Under the pieces are notes generated by a model. That model was not told the DNA's origin, did no database searches, and saw nothing but the letters and a program-made list of their open reading frames with translations. A stretch of DNA of 63,731 nucleotides, counting the filler, from Octopus bimaculoides (Eukaryota): NCBI RefSeq assembly GCF_001194135.2. It is 5 parts of 5 records of this genome, joined end to end, with 100 filler letters (N's around TTAATTAATTAA, not from the genome) between each part and the next. Parts side by side here need not be neighbours in the genome. Positions count along the whole stretch, not along the records: positions 17,287 to 32,829 come from NC_068996.1; positions 32,930 to 59,916 come from NC_068987.1; 3 more parts are not named here. The stretch is one strand, 5' to 3'. Positions 23,946 to 36,111 of the stretch are shown one piece after another; within the stretch, counting starts at the first letter, position 1, and each line of letters starts with the position of its first letter. Both the position numbers and the translations under genes were made by a program.

Positions 23946-24150
23946 AACCTTTTAGTATTTAATCCAGCCACATCCTGCTCAAATATTCTGTTTTATGTGA
24001 AAACTACCCGGATTCAGCTTCTCACACCTAACTTGAAATGTCATTCTAAAAATAAGCAATCACCTCATCAAACTCTCAAAACTACAAAATAATTCATGAT
24101 TAATTGAAAACAATGAATAAATAAGCATTAAATTTGACAAACTGATCTGA
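23946..24150 (-). mobile_element. piggyBac-type MITE copy (same family as 29634-29805, opposite orientation)
   Basis: CAACCTTTTAGTATTTAATCCAGCCACATCC...AAATATTCT...GTCATTCTAAAAATAA aligns to the reverse complement of 29634-29805. Confidence 0.55.
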
Positions 24151-24330
24151 ATGCATATATCATCCAGTTACCTAACATGACCATCCCAAAGATTATATTT
24201 GTCATTTAACTCCAAGCCAATCCTAACTAAGCAGACTTATGAACAAAGATGTTCAAGACCTTATCATTCTACTTTGTTTTTAAGGCATAATGTACCTAGG
24301 ACTACATTAGTATAAGCTCATTAGAAGGAT

Positions 24331-24909
24331 CAAACTTTCTATGCTAATACAATACGTGCCCAATGTAGAGCTAATATTATCATATTCCTTTCTACACAAT
24401 AGGTACAAGGCCTGAAATTTGGTATGTGTGTGTGGGGGTGGGGCTAGTTGATTACATCAACTCCAGTGCATGACTGGTATTTATTTCATTGACCTTGAAA
24501 GGAAGAAAGGCAAAGTTGACCCACAGAAAATTTGAACTCAGAATATTAAGACAGGCAAAATAACACTTGGCATGCTAATGATTCCGACAGCTTGCCACCT
24601 TAGTTAACATTATCGTATTGGTTTCAAGTTTGGGCACAAGGCCAGCAATTTGAGGGGAAGGGTTGAGTTGGTGACATCAACCCCAGTGCTCAAATGATAC
24701 TTATTTTACTGACCCCAAAAGGATGAAAGGCAAAGTTGACCTTGACAGGATTTGAACTCAAAACATAAAGACAGATGAAATATGTCTGGCATGCTAATGA
24801 TTCTGTCATCTTGCCCCACTGTGTGTAATGTTATCGTATTAAGATCATACTTAGTCCAGGTGAGATTTCATATAACTTTTATTCATCATCTGCTGGATTT
24901 GGATTAACA
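24331..24909 (+). repeat. Left arm of a 579-bp inverted duplication (holds two minus-strand family B SINEs, about 24387-24602 and 24620-24818)
   Basis: Reverse complement of 25170-25748; one mismatch found by eye (A24528 against C25551). Confidence 0.9.
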
Positions 24910-24997
24910 ACAAACTTTTTTTTAAATTGGCTGAGTGGGATGGAAAAGACATTGCGAAGTCCATGGCATCAAGGAAAGATGTGGATACATATATATA

Positions 24998-25169
24998 TCA
25001 TCATCATCATCATCATCGTTTAATGTCCGCATTTCCATGCTAGCATGGGTTGGACGATTTGACTGAGGACTGGCAAACCGGATGGCTACATCAGGCTCCA
25101 ATCTGATTTGGCAGAGTTTCTACAGCCGGATGCCCTTCCTAATGCCAACCACTCCGAGTGTGTAGAGGG
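24998..25169 (-). mobile_element. Family A 3' part, cut exactly at the inverted-arm junction
   Basis: (CAT)n CGTTTAATGTCCGCATTTCCATGCTAGCATGGG...CACTCCGAGTGTGTAGAGGG|. Confidence 0.85.
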
Positions 25170-25748
25170 TGTTAATCCAAATCCAGCAGATGATGAATAA
25201 AAGTTATATGAAATCTCACCTGGACTAAGTATGATCTTAATACGATAACATTACACACAGTGGGGCAAGATGACAGAATCATTAGCATGCCAGACATATT
25301 TCATCTGTCTTTATGTTTTGAGTTCAAATCCTGTCAAGGTCAACTTTGCCTTTCATCCTTTTGGGGTCAGTAAAATAAGTATCATTTGAGCACTGGGGTT
25401 GATGTCACCAACTCAACCCTTCCCCTCAAATTGCTGGCCTTGTGCCCAAACTTGAAACCAATACGATAATGTTAACTAAGGTGGCAAGCTGTCGGAATCA
25501 TTAGCATGCCAAGTGTTATTTTGCCTGTCTTAATATTCTGAGTTCAAATTCTCTGTGGGTCAACTTTGCCTTTCTTCCTTTCAAGGTCAATGAAATAAAT
25601 ACCAGTCATGCACTGGAGTTGATGTAATCAACTAGCCCCACCCCCACACACACATACCAAATTTCAGGCCTTGTACCTATTGTGTAGAAAGGAATATGAT
25701 AATATTAGCTCTACATTGGGCACGTATTGTATTAGCATAGAAAGTTTG
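25170..25748 (-). repeat. Right arm of the 579-bp inverted duplication
   Basis: See 24331-24909; paired coordinates sum to 50079 throughout. Confidence 0.9.
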
Positions 25749-25944
25749 GTCTTGTGAAATGTTAGTATTAGTTACATAAGTGAGTAGTGTGAATTCTGCC
25801 TCAGGGCTAAAGTCATTCTTATTATTTCGTCAGAATAAGGGAACTCCAAAGGGGGCCATTGTTCTGAAAGGAAGAAGTGGGTAAAGTGTTTAGTGCATGA
25901 TTTATGAGTGAGATGTTATACAGATAGCAGCAGCAGCAGGATTA

Positions 25945-26090
25945 CCATCACCATCATCATCAATATTTGATGTCCGTTTCCATGCTGGTGTGGGTTGAAC
26001 GATAGCTGAAGAGCTACATCAGGCTCCATCTGTCTGTTTTGGCATAGTTACTATGGCTGGATGTCCTTCCTAATGCCAGCCACTTTACAA
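25945..26090 (-). mobile_element. Family A 3' end, degenerate
   Basis: CATCATCATC..GATGTCCGTTTCCATGCTGGTGTGGGTTG...GGATGTCCTTCCTAATGCC. Confidence 0.65.
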
Positions 26091-27079
26091 AGGCATATTA
26101 AAATGGAAGTGATATTCAACTTGAGAATTCAGACAAGAAGAGGCCATAAAAAAGCAGTAGAAGAGACAGAGGGGAAGCATATTTGCAAAGCAATGACTGT
26201 AAGTGGATGTTAGCAGATAATCTGGATAATCTTTTGATAGATGTTTACGTATTTAGTTGCAACACTGCACCAGATGCATGAGCAGTACTCTAATGTAGAC
26301 ACATTTAGAAACTTGTTTGATCGAAACTGAAATATTTTTTGAGCCGAATACAGAATTTAGAGTTTAGAATAGAATATTCACAAAGTTGCTGTCACCTTGT
26401 CACTATGAAAGATCACCAGAGGATCTTCCATATGGTAAACTATGCTCTATCATTCTTGTATATGAACAAGATACATCAAATAATACTGTCCTACATAACC
26501 CCTGTTCCTCACCCCCCACACACACACATACACATACTCAAAAAAAGAAACAGGGTGATCATGGCTAGAATATCTTTGACACATATTTACTCAGCTAGGG
26601 CTAACCTAGGGTTAAACAACAAGCAATTTGTAGGGTTTAGCATGCGTGTGTGTGTATGTTCGCATGTGAGTGTGTATGTGTGTGTGTGAGTGTGGTCTAG
26701 TGTCGCAATGCTAATTTTTGTTAAGTGCAAGAATTGTGATTTGCTTCACTTTGAAAGAGACTATGACATCATGTCACCAATGGAGAACATTTTCCAAGGT
26801 TTTGTTCATAGAAACATTTCAAATGTGGTAAGAGCTGTCTGAACCATCCAGAGATTACACCTGCGTAACAGGACATTAATGAGAAGTGGAAAGAAATATT
26901 GTATACTTTGGGGTGTGGTGTGCTTAGAAACAATTAGCAAATATGTTAATTTGGATAATAAAGTAAAATGGATAAGTTTCGTGCAGCCAAGAAACTGTTC
27001 ACTCCATTAACTTCAAACAATAGACATTGTTTGAATCTACTTTTGTGAATTGCATAGCTTGAAAACCTTCTTGGAGTTG

Positions 27080-27900
27080 TCATCAACATCATAGTTCAAT
27101 GTCTGTTTTCCATGTCAGTATGGGTTGGGTAGATCAATAAGAGCTGACAAGCCAGAGTATTACATCAAGTTCCATTGTCTGCTTTGGCATGGTCTCTACA
27201 GATGGATGTCCTTTCTAACACTAACCATTCTACAGAGTATACTGGGTGCCTTTTTACATGACACCAGAAGCAGTGAGGGCACCAAGCAACCCACAAGATG
27301 AGGCCCTTTAACCGAAGTGGGAAATGCAGTATTGAAGGAGGTGACTTTACACTAAATGTTGAGAGTTTGAAGTACAACAGAGGAAGAGAAGCCTTGCTGA
27401 AGAGGAGGCACAAAGTTACTCCAGTTGGAAGAGAAAGTGGATGGTGGTGAAGATGTGTCAGGGTGTCCCTTCGAGTTACAGGAAGGGAAGTGGCATGGGT
27501 GGGAAGTGCATGTGAAATGTGAGTGGTCGATGGATAGAGGGAAATGCAATGAGTGATGGACACAGATGGACGCATGGCCGATTGTGAATATCTGTTGGTA
27601 AGGGAAGGGGGTGGAAGTTGGTGTGGATCGGAGAGGTGATAGGGGGCAGCAAACATTATGTGAAGTGGGTGGGGAGGGGTGAGAGGTGCACAATGCAAGG
27701 GATGAGGTCAGAGGTACATGAGGGAAGAAATGGTCAGAGAGAGACAGAGGTAACGGAGTGGAGGGTTGCTGCCGGCAAAATGAAGAGCTGAACAGGAAAA
27801 GATGAGTTAAAATAAGGAGATAAGCAATGCTACTGAGAATACATGAGAAAAGAAAAAGTGGTTCCAGGAAGGGTGAGTGGTAGGGGATGAAATATGTGCA
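27080..27900 (-). mobile_element. Family A-type 3' end (27080-27310) with a long C/T-rich upstream body
   Basis: The family A tail continues into a purine-rich (plus strand) tract. The minus ORFs are compositionally biased and have no recognisable motif. Confidence 0.45.
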
Positions 27901-27949
27901 GTTCCGCTCTTGTAGTTATAACAGTTGAGTGAGTAGTGCCATAGTCAGA

Positions 27950-29100
27950 AGAGTGATGAAGGGATGGATGTAAAGAAGATGAGTTATGGAAGGGATAGGT
28001 GTTAGGAAAATGGATTGTGATGGGAAGAGGTTTATCAGTGATGGATTGGATGTAGGATCACAGACACAAGGATCTATTTTTTGCTTAGATGGACAGCAAA
28101 CCATTAATCATCTCAGTCTCTGTCATCTCAAATCATTCTTCATTACTTCATCTCATGTTTTAATTTTTCAGAATTCATCTGTTAAGCAAAATGGCTCTGA
28201 TTAGCATTGAGGAATAACTTCCTCAATCTGTTGGATGCAGTAGTTTTTACCAATAAAACTGTGGCATAATGTGTGAGGTAACTGCAAGATTTGGGGGGAG
28301 GGGGGAAGAGCTTTAGCTACATGACAGATAAAGAAGAACATATATAGTTGGTTAAGATAATCAGTATAGAATTGATATTGTTTCTACCAGTTAAATGACT
28401 TAAAATACCAGAATGTTGAAGGTTTGTTGTATAACAAAAAGCTGTGAAGTGGGTTGCTCTCATTAGGCAGTGATCAGGCGATTTAATTGAGGAAGAGAAT
28501 GTGAAGGATGAGTAGATATTGGGTTTAAAGGTGAAAAATAGGTAAAGAATGTTTGGAATAACACCTTTATTAATTAGTACTTCAAGACTAACTAATACAG
28601 TTAATTCACAATGACAAAGAATTTGAACATTGCACCAGCAGAATTGAGGCAAAAACAAGAGGAGTTGCAGGCATTGAGTAACTAAAACTAATGATAAAAG
28701 AAACAAAGGAAATAGTTTGGATATATTTATTCAATATAAGATCAGAGAAATATGAAGAAACCGTTGGTGATAATGTGGGGGGTAAAGTGCATTAGAGGCA
28801 GGTCATCTTAGAGGACCCAGGGAAAGATATTTTGAATGAGAGTAGTTGAAAATCTTTATTGTTAACAGCCAGGCAACAAAAGAGTGGATACACTATTTTC
28901 AGGGAAATGTTTGTAATAAACAATGTATTGTGGACATCAGAGATGAGCCAGAGATTAAAGAGTGATTTTTGTCTCGGAAAGGAATAGTAAGTATGACTTT
29001 TCTGTTAGGAGATTGTGTGAGCTTAGAGAGTATTGCCCAACATTGATTTCAAATTTTTCTATAAGATTGTTGCAATGAATTTTATAAAGTGTGTTTGCTA
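27950..29100 (-). mobile_element. Fossil CR1-like LINE apurinic endonuclease and tether region
   Basis: Minus-strand HNLLTEKSYLLFLSETKI (APE LxET motif, 28961-28991) and IPNILYLFFTFKPNIYS...SPDHCL (LDL..T / SDH motifs, about 28460-28560). Many stops and frameshifts. Confidence 0.6.
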
Positions 29101-29633
29101 CAGAAGAGAAGGAGAAGAAAAATAAAATTTATAAATTGTGACTAATAATTTTGTAGTCTTCCTCATAATCAGCTCTGCTGGAAGTAAATGGCTTGATCTG
29201 GCTTCTAAAAATCCAATGGAGGGGAACACAAATAAGAACAGAGTAAAGGGATGTGGATCAACTGACAACCAATACATTCTTCATAGCTTCAAGTCCCTAA
29301 ATTATTTGACAGTGACCTTCCACTTGGAAACCTTTCCCACCACTATCACCTGATGATTAGCAAAACAATTATTGAGGGGAGGGGACCAGATGAGCAACAG
29401 TACAAATGTCTTTTCTATCCTCAAAACATGTCTGGTTCAAATACTTGAAACAAAATAAACTCTACTAAAGACATCTGGAAGGTGATGTTAAACCTCATGA
29501 TGACTTAAGATTAATCATTACAGATTAATCAAAGAAGGAACATATGTTTATAATGGCATCAATGCTAGAAAAGTTGTCTTAGAGAAGTTCCAGAATGATC
29601 ATTTATATTTTTAAATGACCAAGCATTCTTTAA

Positions 29634-29805
29634 CCTTTTAGATTACTCTGCCAAATGCCATGCTTAGCTTTGAGATTTCAATTTTGGAATTGTTTATTTT
29701 TAGAATGACAATATAGGGTAAGTGTAAGAGGCCAGATCTGGCCAGTTTGAAGATAAATCAGGTAGAATATTTTGGTCAGGTGTGGTTGGTTTAACTGCTA
29801 AAGGG
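29634..29805. mobile_element. piggyBac-type MITE with TTAA TSD
   Basis: TTAA|CCTTTTAG ... CTAAAGGG|TTAA (TSDs 29630-29633 and 29806-29809). Confidence 0.75.
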
Positions 29806-30499
29806 TTAATGTGTTTATTGCAGTAACAGAAGCTATATCTCCCCTAATGAACTAACAAGAGCAATTAGGCAAGATGTAGCTTCAACAAGCCAGCAAGGGA
29901 TCCCCGATGTGGTCATTTGGCCTGCTAGAAATAGTGTAGAAACTCCTTCAAATCAGATCCCACTATCTTGAAACAGAATACACACTGGATAATATATAAA
30001 ATGACAGAATTAAATACTTTCAGTTATAGATCACAATCAGGCCTGCTGACCAGGGGTTAAACAATATCTCTCTTAAAGTTGTTCTTTATAAAAGAGTAAA
30101 ATACATGTTTGCAATATTGCCAAAAGAATAATCAAAAACACACAAAAAAAAATAAAAACAAAAAAAATCAAGATAAAGAGAAAGTAAACTAGGAGAGAGA
30201 GAGAGAGAGAGAGTGTGTATGATTGTATTGATGTATATATTTAGTACATGTCTCTATTTATTGGTCATAGTGAATTGAATATATTTACTGATGTTGATAA
30301 TGTGTTAGTGATGGTATAATACATCTCATAATATAATAACTGTGTCTAGTAATATTACAGTGATATTGATTGGGAAATAGACTTAATTCATCATCCAGTA
30401 TAACACCAAACCATCAGCTGGTCCTTGATGCCTTTAGTGAAGCACACTCTGTTGCAATGCATTCTAGCATGGGACCCAGTCTGAAAATAACCTCCCATA

Positions 30500-30984
30500 C
30501 ATATATATGTATGTGCGTATGTCACACAGCTACATCCTCGTTACATGAGGAAAACCATTGCCAAGAAGACTTACTGAAATGATTCATGATTGTTGCCATG
30601 TGATGCCCTTATTTGACTTTTAAGCCCGGCCAAGTTGTTACACATTTTATTACATACTAGACAACTGTGCTGGCTGGCAGGAGAAACAGGTGCCACCATA
30701 TGCACTCTCTTAACATGTCTTTTTAGACTTCCAACTGAGAGGCACACCTTTCCACATTTCACACACGTTCTGTTTTGAAGTTTAATAGCCACATTGTTTA
30801 TCATGGGTCAATTTCTATGAGAATTTTTATGGCTCACCAGGCCTGCACAAGTCAAACAGCTCCGCTCACAAACCACACACATAAAAAAGCAACACTCTCT
30901 CACTTTCCACAGGTTCCCCCCTTCTAAGCCTCTCCTAATTCTCTCATACTTCACTCTCTCCCTCTCAAACCTTGAACAACCAAC
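30500..30984 (-). mobile_element. 3' end of an RTE-like LINE ORF2 with three C2H2-type fingers (pseudogenised)
   Basis: One frame with a single internal TGA (30808-30810): GCSRFERERVKYERIRR..CVVCERSCLTCAGLVSHKNSH..CVKCGKVCLSVGSLKRHVKRVH..CLVCNKMCNNLAGLKSQIRASH. FEE.R and C..C.R.C.S..GL.SH are RTE C-terminal motifs. Confidence 0.7.
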
Positions 30985-31333
30985 ATTCAAGTGTGGTCGT
31001 TGCCAGTGCTGCCGGACTAGCTCCTGTACAGATAGCACATAAAAACACCTTTTGAGCATGGTCGTTGCCAGAACCGCCTGACTGGCCCTTGTGCCGGTGG
31101 CACATAAAAGCACCCACTACATTCTCGGAGTGGTTGGCATTAGGAAGGGCANNNNNNNNNNAAGCACCCACTACATTCTCGGAGTGGTTGGCATTAGGAA
31201 GGGCATCCAGCTGTAGAAACTCTGCCAAATCAGATTGGAGCCTGGTGTAGCCATCTGGTTCACTAGTCCTCAGTCAAACCATCCAACCCATGCCATCAGG
31301 GAAAGCGGACGTTAAACGATGATGATGATGATG
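30985..31333 (+). mobile_element. Family A element, head-to-head with the RTE fragment; contains a 10-N overlap artefact
   Basis: Typical family A body and (GAT)n tail. AAGCACCCACTAC...GGAAGGGCA is repeated on both sides of the 10 N at 31152-31161. Confidence 0.85.
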
Positions 31334-31859
31334 AAAAGTGGTTTTACATTTGTCACCAGAATTGTCTCTTGGATTATTTGCAGCATCCATGCTCTCAACA
31401 GTAAGTAACATTACCAAAGATGCAACGGTAGAGAATCCAGAGCTTTTGTCTGTTACCTACTTTTAACAGAAGGATTCAATCATACATTACCAGGCGACAG
31501 AATAATGGAGCGAAGGTTTCTCTTGCTTGTTAAACAAAATTTTAAAATGTCATTCGCATCAAGATATGATTCGCATGGAAGAATTTAGGTAACAAGGTGG
31601 AAGAAAGTTGGATCGTGTGGGGAGGGGGTGGACTTTCATTTACTCCAGTTGATCTAGGTAACATATAAACCTGCTTAATTTCATCAGGTATGTTATTACG
31701 TTGGAATTTATTCGATAAATGTTATAAAATAAAATATAGAAAACATTCATTAATAATCATTAAAATAAAATTGAACAATTCACCATTCAGGTTTTAATGC
31801 CACCTGTTAAAGAGAAAGACAAAATATCAATGTCCCAATTATAGTGACCACCCACCCAC

Positions 31860-32225
<366 letters not shown>

Positions 32226-32365
32226 TCCTTATTGCCATTGTTAACTGTTTATATTTCTTAAATTTATTGAATTGTTCAACTTCATTTGTTTTGGGGGTTT
32301 TTTAAAGATTTTTATTTAATACATAGAAATCACCAATATTCAATTAAATACATAAATTACATTTA

Positions 32366-32550
32366 TGGCTGTGTGGTTAAGAAATTTGCTTCCCAGCTGA
32401 GTGGTTTCAGGTTCAGATCTCAGTTTGTGACACTTTATGCGATTGTCTTCTACTACAAGCCAAAGGGGACCAAACAAAACCTTACAAGTAGAACTGGTAG
32501 ACAGGGACTGAAAGGAGATTGTTGTATACAGATGGATTTGAGTGGATGGA
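32366..32550 (+). mobile_element. SINE family C, degenerate
   Basis: ATGGCTGTGTGGTTAAGAAATTTGCTTCCC...GGTTCAG...GTCTTCTACTAC...GGTAGAC..GACTGAAAG. Confidence 0.55.
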
Positions 32551-32595
32551 TGGGTGAATAGATAAATGGATGGGTGGACTGGCACATATAATATA

Positions 32596-32829
32596 TATCC
32601 CTGCTCCCGCCCACGCTGCCGCACTTGCCCTTACCTCTCCAACACCACCCTCCTCACCAGCACCCATCACCGACCCTATCGCATCACCGACTCCTTCACC
32701 TGCACGTCTACCAACATCATATATTGCCTCTCCTGCTCTCTCTGCCAATCCCTGTACATCGGACAAACGGGGCGCCGCCTGGCTGACTGATTCGCGGAAC
32801 ACCTCCGAGATATCAACGTCGGCAATGAC
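32596..32829 (+). mobile_element. Penelope-like element GIY-YIG endonuclease fragment
   Basis: YPCSRPRCRTCPYL...ITDSFTCTSTNIIYCLSCSLCQSLYIGQTGRRLAD*FAEHLRDI: CxxC motifs plus IY..YIG and R..EH. A single TGA (32788-32790) sits at the expected Arg (CGA>TGA). Confidence 0.85.
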
Positions 32830-32929
32830 NNNNNNNNNNNNNNNNNNNNNNNNNNNNNNNNNNNNNNNNNNNNTTAATTAATTAANNNNNNNNNNNNNNN
32901 NNNNNNNNNNNNNNNNNNNNNNNNNNNNN
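32830..32929. other. Artificial scaffold join 44N-TTAATTAATTAA-44N
   Basis: Same 100-bp linker as at 17187. Confidence 0.9.
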
Positions 32930-33139
32930 ATATATATGTATGCGTATATATGGGCACATGTCTGTGTGTATATAGATAGATAGATAGATAGATTGATAGA
33001 TAGAGAGATAGATGCAGATGCATTTATATTCGATAAAGCATTTCGCAGCAAACAATATTAGCATCATTAAGGTAATCGATTTCTCGCAAATTGGCTACAA
33101 CACTAACATCTTGACGTCATTTCCTAAATATATTATATG

Positions 33140-33345
33140 TTTGTTTTTCACGCCAGACTACAGAATCATTTCAAAGAAAAACAGGATTAAGTCATGAATT
33201 GGCTAAACATCGGATGTTTAACTCATGACCCATTAAGATTACTTTCTTATTTATCATTTATGTTCTAAAACAAGTAGTGGCCAGCCGAAATTTATAATAA
33301 ACAGGACTATAAAGTCTTAGAACCGCTTCTCAAATGATTCAATTT
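33140..33345 (+). repeat. Unclassified dispersed repeat, diverged inverted partner at about 36860-37060
   Basis: AAGTCATGAAT...TCGGATGTTTAACTCATGACCCATTAAGATTA...TTCTAAA aligns with the reverse complement AAGCCATGAAT...TCGGATGTTTAACCGTGATCCATTAAGACTA...TTCTAAA. Confidence 0.6.
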
Positions 33346-33931
33346 AATTAGATATTTGTTTCAGTGTGTGCTCCTGGCCTGCCACCGGAACATGTAATTA
33401 CTGGTATTGCAATCAATTCCACTTTTCTAATCGAATTAATCAGTCATTTAGCAAATGTTGGTCTACGAAGAAATATATATTGATTGAGCAAATCTTATCA
33501 CACGTGTAAAATAATGAGAGTCCTTCTTATCTGTCTGTATGTGGCTGTGCGTGTGTGTGTTATGTATGAGTGCGTTTGTGTGTGTGCGTTTGTGCATGCG
33601 CGTTTTTGTGTGCGGTGTTTGTGAATGTGTATGATATAAATAGGGTAAAATCATGCTATGTGTTTATGCGTTTGTAGGAATGTATTTGCCATTTTATCTC
33701 TCCAGTTCTCTTTCCCTCTCACACTGAATACTGTGTAAGACACGATAAGAGGGAGAATGAGAAAGTAAGAGAGAGAGGATAGGGATATATAAATGGAGAG
33801 AGAAGGTCAGAGAAGGGAGAGAGAAATAGAATGAAAGAGAAAATGAGAGAGGGGACAGGGCAATAGTAAGGAAGAGAATAATATCTTGTACATGTATGGA
33901 GGAGAAGTGAGAGCATGAGTAAATGATCAAG

Positions 33932-33969
<38 letters not shown>

Positions 33970-34498
33970 TATAATTCACACATCCGCTTCAGAAGCATGC
34001 TTGTGTATTTTACTCTGTGATTAGATTTACACTTTTGACACATGACTTGTTAGTAAACATAGTGACCGTATTATTGAACAAATTACCATCTAGTTGTTTA
34101 GAATATTGAATAACTTTTCCAATATATATTTTTCTCTCATAAAGCATGCTAAATAATAGCTTTGCCAGTCACCAATTATACTGAGGTTAGTTATTTCATA
34201 TTTACAACATTATTGATAAAATCCCTTCCGTTCGACTTCCTATAATGTAATTAGAACTACTTTACGAATCGATGTCATCGCTACATAATGCATCACTTTA
34301 AACACATAACTTTTATGTCTGACATCATAAATATGATTTTCAGAGAAAATATCTCGGTTAGACTGACAATCTATACAGAACGGTGAATCTTTGTTTTTCA
34401 ATTTTTTTCTTTCAGTTAGCAAATATAAAAGATGCCCTGAGTACTGCAGAGAGGATTTGAACAAAAAAATAGCTAATTATCGGAATTTCTTAATCAAT

Positions 34499-34529
<31 letters not shown>

Positions 34530-34849
34530 CATATATATANNNNNNNNNNNNNNNNNNNNNNNNNNNNNNNNNNNNNNNNNNNNNNNNNNNNNNNNNNNNN
34601 NNNNNNTATATATATATATATGTATGTATGTATGTATGTATATTTTGTCAGTGAACAGGTCGCGGTCTCAAAGCGACGAAAATATTTTGACAAATTAAAT
34701 TTAAATGTTGAAGTGAATCTGACGGCTTTTGTGTGTTATTTTAAATGGCTTATAAACACCTTCCACGCTGCAATTATATATATATATATACATAAATACA
34801 TACGTACCTACATTCATGCGTAAATACATACATACATATATAAATACAA

Positions 34850-34960
34850 AGACATGCTCTGTTGTTCATGTTGAATTCTGATGAAGGAGACTTGGATTTA
34901 GGTTAGAAACCGGCCCTTTCTCTATTGGCAAGAAATCTTGAATTAAGACAGAACAATCAC
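34850..34960 (+). mobile_element. Short interspersed element with CTGATGA...GAAACCGG motif
   Basis: CTGATGA (34878-34884), 21 nt, GAAACCGGCC (34906-34915); lies between microsatellites. Confidence 0.35.
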
Positions 34961-35141
34961 ACACACACACATATGGGGAGCGAGAGAGAAATTCAAAGAG
35001 ACAGAGAGAGAAACACACAGACATACACAAGAAACTGAATATGCTATCCGAATTACTTCATGAAGAAAGTATAAACCTGAAACGTTTCAGTAAACCTTCT
35101 TGTATTTTGGACAGGAAGTATGCCAATAATTATAACACACG

Positions 35142-35712
35142 CACTGGTTCAAATCCACTGCTTCATTGGTTAAATATCAAACCAACTACCAAATTGGTTG
35201 TTTTTTTAAAGAGTGGATTTTTATACATTTTTTTAAAATCTATGGGTCCCTTTGATTACTATTTTACCCTGGTGGACCCTCATAGCCATTCGATGATTAA
35301 AAACTAGTTTTATAGGAACTTCTTGCAACATTCCAATTTTGTTTGCGCACACTAACTTGTAGGCGGAACTATGTAAAATGTTTGAGAAAGAAATGTAACT
35401 GTTTCTTTCAGTACATACATAGCACAACTTTTTAGAGGCCCTTAATAAGCTACTGTGGATCCCAAATATACTATTTTGTTGCGTAGACCCCCAACAATTT
35501 TATATGGACCTTTAGATGCCATAAATAAAAGGTCATAGTAAGAAACGTAGCTGTTTTTTGCAAACATACCAATACGTACACCGAAAGGAAAATCTTTTTA
35601 GAGGCCCTTAAAATACTATTGTAGATCCCCAATTCATTATTTTGTAGCGTGGACCTCCAAAAATCTTAATTGGATCCTCAGGGGCCATATGAATCCCGGT
35701 TGAGGACCACTG
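35142..35712. mobile_element. hAT (Charlie-like) MITE with subterminal repeats
   Basis: Right TIR GGTTGAGGACCACTG (reverse complement CAGTGGTCCTCAACC). Possible left TIR CACTGGTTCAAATCC. Internal direct repeat TTTAGAGGCCCTTAA...GGA(T)CC at about 35430 and 35597. Confidence 0.55.
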
Positions 35713-36111
35713 GTTTAAAGTGTTGGTTAAACAATCAATCGCTAGTTTGTTTGTTCGTCAACGTTCTTACTTCGATGTTCATGACATTTTTAGTGAGTCA
35801 GTGACTTAATTATTTCCTAAAATAAATTGATAGAGTGAAGTGCTGCAAAGCGATTTGTTTAAATAATCGGTAAAGAATTTCGTGATGCATATTTTATTAT
35901 TATTATTAGCCATTTTCTAAATATGGCATCTCATCACCTGGCTCAGATGAATTGATACTCCAGTTTGAAACCCGACTCAAGTATCCTATTTTCATTGCTG
36001 TAATAAACACATTAAATGTATAGACTAATGGTGATGTGTCCACATGCCGACAAATACACGATACACTGCATTTGTTTTGGCAATATTTTTGGTTACAAGG
36101 ACTGTTAGGAA

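Noticed and set aside
31110-31205. Direct duplication of ~44 bp across 10 N
   Set aside because: Typical unmerged contig overlap within one family A element.
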